A DNA stretch of 40,000 nt. Source: Henriciella sp. (GTDB lineage: Bacteria; Pseudomonadota; Alphaproteobacteria; Caulobacterales; Hyphomonadaceae). The translations under genes were made by a program, and so were the position numbers. The stretch spans positions 1-40,000 of the forward strand of contig NZ_JAPYRE010000006.1 in the NCBI RefSeq assembly GCF_029936995.1, written 5' to 3'. The notes beneath the pieces were generated by a model that made no database searches, was not told the origin of the DNA, and saw only the letters and a list, made by a program, of their open reading frames with translations. Below, piece by piece: positions 38,293-40,000 of the stretch (position 1 is the stretch's first letter; each line of letters opens with the position of its first letter).

Positions 38293-39761
38293 GCCGCGCC
38301 CGAGGATTTGCGGGTCCAGTCGGTAGCCAGGCGGCGCAAGGCGTCTGCGTTGAGCGGTTTGGCAGCGACGCCGCTGGCCCCGCAGGCACGTGCACGGCGT
38401 TCGATGTCGGGATTGATTTCTGCCGAAATTGCGATGATCGGCATGTCCATGCCTTCGCGTCGCATTGTCTTCATCGCGTCGTATCCATCCATGATCGGCA
38501 TGCGCAAGTCCATGAAAACCAGCTCTGGCGCCAGGCTCTCGCAAAGATCGACCGCTTCGCGGCCCGTTGACGCGACACTGACCGAGAACCCTGCCGATTC
38601 CAAGGCGCGGCGTGCAATCAGCGTGTTTACCGGATTGTCGTCTGCGATGAGAACGCGCCCGCCATTGACCGGTTCGGCGCTGTCATCGGTGGCGGCGCTA
38701 CCCTGTGCGGCGAGCTCGACGCGCTCGGTCAGGGATTTATGCCGGAGGGGGCGGACCAGCCATCCGGCGGCACCCATGTCGTGAAAGCGGCTCATCAGGC
38801 CGCGGTCCTCGGGGCGCATCACGACAAGAACCGGCGCAATACGCATCAGGGCGCGCAGTGACCGTTCGGGCAGGTCTGCTGCGGCAAGTATGACATCCGG
38901 GCGGGCCTGGCGGGCCTGCTGGGCGTTTTCTACGATATGGGCGCGGGCACCAGCCTGGGAGAGGGACGCCCAGGCCGACAGGGCCGTGGCTGGAGCGAGG
39001 CCGGCCAGAACGATCCGGCGGGGCTCGTTCAGCTGTGAGGAAGGTATGGCTTCGTCTGAGGCATCTTCGATGGGGATGGAAACAAAGAAGCATGTGCCAT
39101 TGCCGGGCTGGCTGTTGATCCAGACCGATCCGCCGAGAATTTCCGTAAGTTTCTTGACGATGGCGAGGCCGAGACCGACGCCGCCATCTTTCTGGGCATC
39201 GCCGGCAGAGGTCTGCCGGAAGGCATCGAAAAGCCCGTCCTGGTCGTCCCGGCTGATTCCGGGACCCGTGTCGCACACACGGAAGAGGAGTTTTGCGTTC
39301 ACATATCGCACATCAATCAGGACACCGCCCTGTTCAGTGAATTTCAGGGCATTGCCGACAAGGTTGAACAGGATCTGGCGGATCTTGCCGGCATCCGCGA
39401 TAGCCTCTTCAGGAACGCCTGAATGGATGACGACGCCAAGGTCGATACCGCTGTTGTGCGCCCGCGGGGCCAGCAGTTCGCTGACCTCACGGGCCAGTTC
39501 GGCAATCCGGAAGCGCTCAGGCTCGATCTCGCTGGTGCCCGTGTCGAGGCGGGCAAAATCGAGGATGTTGTTGAGCAGGTCGAGCAGCCGGGAGCCGGAC
39601 AGGCGGATGGCGTCGGCATACTCCTTCTGGGCCGGATCGAGATCGGTTTCCAGCAACAGGGAAACAGTGCCGAGAATGCCGTTGAGCGGGGTACGGATCT
39701 CGTGGCTTGTCGCGGCCAGGAAGGCCTGTTCGGGGGAGAGCTTGCCGGACGGGTCTGTCAT
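38289..39761 (-). CDS. hybrid sensor histidine kinase/response regulator (no obvious sensor domain)
   Basis: H-box SHEIRTPLNGILG, N-box LFNLVGNALKFT, G1 VCDTGPGIS and G2 GGVGLGLAIVKKL. There is a degenerate receiver-like middle domain and a C-terminal receiver, VLIADDNPVN...VFMDLRMPIMDG...AAKP. The start at 39761 is preceded by GAGGGGG. The longer track form would overlap the upstream gene. Confidence 0.88.
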   Translation of the reverse strand: MTDPSGKLSPEQAFLAATSHEIRTPLNGILGTVSLLLETDLDPAQKEYADAIRLSGSRLLDLLNNILDFARLDTGTSEIEPERFRIAELAREVSELLAPRAHNSGIDLGVVIHSGVPEEAIADAGKIRQILFNLVGNALKFTEQGGVLIDVRYVNAKLLFRVCDTGPGISRDDQDGLFDAFRQTSAGDAQKDGGVGLGLAIVKKLTEILGGSVWINSQPGNGTCFFVSIPIEDASDEAIPSSQLNEPRRIVLAGLAPATALSAWASLSQAGARAHIVENAQQARQARPDVILAAADLPERSLRALMRIAPVLVVMRPEDRGLMSRFHDMGAAGWLVRPLRHKSLTERVELAAQGSAATDDSAEPVNGGRVLIADDNPVNTLIARRALESAGFSVSVASTGREAVDLCESLAPELVFMDLRMPIMDGYDAMKTMRREGMDMPIIAISAEINPDIERRARACGASGVAAKPLNADALRRLATDWTRKSSGAA

Positions 39762-39834
39762 GGCCCCCTCTATGCCATGAAAGACTGACGATTCATTTAA
39801 CTGCCGGAAGCGGCTGGCGACCGCATAAGGACGC

Positions 39835-40000
39835 CTATTGCGCCAGTGAACCGGTAGCCGCCCCGGCTGGCTGCTCATCCGGCAGGCGGCGGCGATAGCT
39901 CAACGCTTCGGCAACATGGACGCGGGCCACGCTGTCACTGCCATCAAGGTCGGCGATCGTGCGCGCGACCTTGAGAACGCGGTGATAGGCACGGGCCGAG
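39835..40000 (-). CDS. YifB/ComM-family Mg-chelatase-like ATPase, C-terminal fragment (continues beyond the window)
   Basis: The reverse strand translates to ...[43 protein letters not shown]..., then a stop at 39835..39837. This matches the conserved C-terminus of ComM/YifB proteins as I remember it. Confidence 0.6.
   Translation of the reverse strand, partial: SARAYHRVLKVARTIADLDGSDSVARVHVAEALSYRRRLPDEQPAGAATGSLAQ

Overview
This is a high-GC alphaproteobacterial chromosome segment; gene content and protein sequences look Hyphomonadaceae/Caulobacterales-like by eye. It covers the replication-gene neighbourhood dnaA-dnaN-recF ... gyrB, plus rpsT, two crotonases, a P450, a methyltransferase, ggt, an SLC13 permease, mutS, maeB, ampG, a hybrid histidine kinase and a partial comM/yifB-like gene. 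The main point of interest is a visibly lower-GC insertion of about 13.5 kb (about 1378..14892) between a small GIY-YIG gene and the gyrB side. It encodes a stand-alone Cas1 homologue, with no cas2, no other cas genes and no CRISPR array anywhere in the window. It also encodes a phi29-like (protein-primed type) family-B DNA polymerase split into exonuclease and polymerase ORFs, an HNH nuclease and HTH proteins, and no conventional recombinase or transposase. The block is bounded by 31-bp imperfect terminal inverted repeats and by an up to 18-bp direct duplication of a palindromic REP-like host repeat, and the uninterrupted target can be reconstructed from the two flanks. This is the architecture of a casposon-type self-synthesizing transposon with Cas1 as integrase, here in a bacterium. 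It carries uncharacterised cargo: a HEPN-like Rx4H protein, a 536-aa multi-module GIY-YIG nuclease, an XRE switch with a perfect palindromic operator, a secreted protein and a ~1300-aa orphan protein. All functional calls come from motif reading by eye. No searches or computations were run, and start codons are often uncertain because the ORF track includes GTG/TTG starts.
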